Source of the DNA: Planctomycetota bacterium
GTDB taxonomy: Bacteria > Planctomycetota > J058
Length of the DNA: 17,820 nt
Assembly: GCA_016765095.1 (NCBI GenBank)
Contig: JAESQQ010000852.1
Span: 1 to 17,820, forward strand
Direction of reading: 5' to 3'
The notes beneath the pieces were generated by a model that searched no databases, was not told the origin of the DNA, and was given only the letters and a program-made list of their open reading frames with translations. This document shows, one piece after another, positions 16,268 through 17,820 of this stretch (positions are counted from its first letter, which is position 1; every line of letters begins with the position of its first letter). The translations under genes were made by a program, and so were the position numbers.

Positions 16268-16716
16268 CCCCGCCCCCCCTTCGGATTCGCTGCCTCCCTC
16301 ATGGCGAAGGCCTCGAGCTGCCCCGCTACCAGACCCCAGACGCCGCAGGAATGGACCTCAGGGCTGCCCTCGAGGAGTCCGTCTCGCTTGCGCCCGGGGA
16401 GCACGCCCTGATCCCGACGGGGCTCTGCCTCGCGATCCCGAGCGGATACGAAGGGCAAGTTCGCCCCCGGAGCGGCCTCGCGGCTCGTCACGGGGTCACG
16501 GTCCTCAACAGCCCGGGCACGATCGACGCGGACTACCGCGGCGAGGTCAAGGTGATCCTGATCAACCATGGCCAAGCGCCTTTCGTGGTCGAGCGCGGCG
16601 AGCGAGTCGCACAGCTCGTGCTGGCCCAAGTCGCTCAACTCGGGATCGAGGCTGTTGAGTCCCTCGACGACACCGAGCGCGGCGCGGGGGGGTTCGGGCA
16701 CACGGGTCGCGGCTAG
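16264..16716 (+). CDS. dut: dUTP diphosphatase (dUTPase)
   Basis: Motifs: [44 protein letters not shown], and C-terminal [14 protein letters not shown] start overlaps the FAAL stop (GTGA at 16264-16267). Confidence 0.95.
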   Translation: MTPPPLRIRCLPHGEGLELPRYQTPDAAGMDLRAALEESVSLAPGEHALIPTGLCLAIPSGYEGQVRPRSGLAARHGVTVLNSPGTIDADYRGEVKVILINHGQAPFVVERGERVAQLVLAQVAQLGIEAVESLDDTERGAGGFGHTGRG

Positions 16717-16914
16717 CTCCGGTCCCTCACGAGGGGCTGCCTGTAGGCAAGGTCGACGTGCGCGGATCGGTCGACCCGACCGACCTCCACTCGACCCGCA
16801 GCCCAAGAGCCCGATCCCTCAGGCTGCCTCTGGACTCTGGGTCTCTGACGGAACGCTTGAGGGCACGATCAAGGGCGGCCTTTATGTTCCGAGCCGCTAA
16901 GCTTGAGGACCGAG

Positions 16915-17109
16915 GTGGCTGTGGCAGAGACGATCCAGATCCGAAGTGCTGAGCGGGTGACCTACAAAGAGCTTCGCGAGAATCCGCAGCGGATCTTTGA
17001 ACGGGCCCGCCACGTCCCAGTCGTCGTCTACAAGGGCGACGTCAAGCGAATGACGATCAGCTACCCGATCCCAGTGGAAGAGGAGCCGAAGGACCAAGAA
17101 GGTCGGTAG
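16915..17109 (+). CDS. Small protein, possibly a Phd/YefM-like antitoxin
   Basis: GTG at 16915 is preceded by GAGGA (16905-16909), an SD-like spacing. The track start TTG 16903 is in frame. VTYKELRENPQRIFERARHVPVVVYKGDVKRMTIS resembles the N-terminal beta-alpha-beta layout of YefM/Phd antitoxins. This is a weak match based on recall only. Confidence 0.4.
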   Translation: MAVAETIQIRSAERVTYKELRENPQRIFERARHVPVVVYKGDVKRMTISYPIPVEEEPKDQEGR

Positions 17110-17112
17110 CCC

Positions 17113-17784
17113 GTGGACACCGACGTCGTCCAGGCGGAGTTGACGCGCTGGATCGTGAGCCTCATGCCGTGCGTCTTCGCGCGCTGGCTGGCGAACACCG
17201 ACGGTCGCTTGCCAGTCACGGTCTTCGACGGCGAGGATCGCGAAGACGACCTGGAGTTGGTCAGCCTCTTCCTCGACCAAACCGAGGACGACACCCACGT
17301 CTTCGTTTTCCCCTGGGTCCGCACGTCGAGCGATCTTCGGTCCCTCTTTGAGGACTTCCGGGCTGACCCTCGATGGTTCTGGTCGGAGGTCGTGGGGGCA
17401 CCAGTCGCGCCCGGCCTCACCGCCCTCTCGCTTCTCTGGGAGACGAACGAGGGTTACCTCTCGCAAGCCATGGGGCTCGCGCCCTTGCTCTCCATGCCCT
17501 GTGATGGCCCAGTAACGGAATGGTGCATGATTGACGGGGCGCGAAGTTCGACTTGGTGCGGCATCCAAGCGGCGTCGGCTGGGCAAGGTCGGGTCGGCAA
17601 GCTGAGCGGGCGAGGCGCCTGGCCCGGTTCGGTCACGACGACGGTCATGACGGCGATCAGCGATCACGATCAGGACGGCGGTCACGATCACTCCGACAGG
17701 GGTCGATCAGGGCCGTCAGGCGCCGTAGCAGCCGGTGGTGAGCCGAGCACGGGGAGCGCGCTCGGGAGGCGAGGCCGGGGGTGA
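17113..17784 (+). CDS. Hypothetical protein; 3' end uncertain
   Basis: GTG start lies 3 nt after the upstream stop. The first ~135 aa have balanced, coding-like composition (W/F/D/E-rich) and high third-position GC. The tail after about 17520 becomes Gly/Arg/Ser-rich and may not be real. A minus-strand frame entering from the right edge (17820 down to about 17694) is also open. Confidence 0.35.
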   Translation: MDTDVVQAELTRWIVSLMPCVFARWLANTDGRLPVTVFDGEDREDDLELVSLFLDQTEDDTHVFVFPWVRTSSDLRSLFEDFRADPRWFWSEVVGAPVAPGLTALSLLWETNEGYLSQAMGLAPLLSMPCDGPVTEWCMIDGARSSTWCGIQAASAGQGRVGKLSGRGAWPGSVTTTVMTAISDHDQDGGHDHSDRGRSGPSGAVAAGGEPSTGSALGRRGRG

Positions 17785-17820
17785 CGTCCAGGCACGACGT
17801 CAGCGCGCGCTGGGGTGAAC

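Noticed and set aside
16897-17691. 264-aa minus-strand ORF opposite the two right-edge + ORFs
   Set aside because: It is Arg/Asp/Pro-rich with poor third-position GC. The + frames have an SD-like site and coding-like composition over 16915-17520. The region past about 17520 remains ambiguous.

Overview
High-GC (roughly 65-70% by eye) bacterial chromosomal window. It is very rich in eukaryotic-like Ser/Thr kinases, which suggests a Myxococcota-like (or similarly kinase-rich) organism; that is an inference, since no search was possible. Left to right: the 5' end of a lipoprotein gene (-); a transmembrane Ser/Thr kinase fused to an FGE-sulfatase domain (+); a 688-bp structured intergenic region; a soluble Ser/Thr kinase whose stop overlaps the start of a GGDEF-GAF-sigma54 AAA+ enhancer-binding protein (+); a PTH2-like (peptidyl-tRNA hydrolase 2 fold) gene overlapping a small unknown ORF, followed 46 nt later by a tRNA with an intact core but a 9-nt anticodon loop (+); a cluster of GC-rich REP/BIME-like hairpin repeats; a 1381-aa protein with three kinase-like domains (degenerate, canonical, degenerate) and an internal tandem peptide-repeat array (-); a secreted alpha/beta hydrolase (-); a degenerate cupin remnant; an overlapping ACP, fatty acyl-AMP ligase and dUTPase gene string (+); and a small antitoxin-like ORF with an unknown partner at the right edge. 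No CRISPR array, transposase, integrase or rRNA was seen. All family assignments come from motifs read in the supplied translations, not from database searches. The items most worth follow-up are the non-canonical tRNA with its PTH2-like neighbour, the three-kinase-domain repeat protein, and the kinase/GGDEF-sigma54 activator pair.
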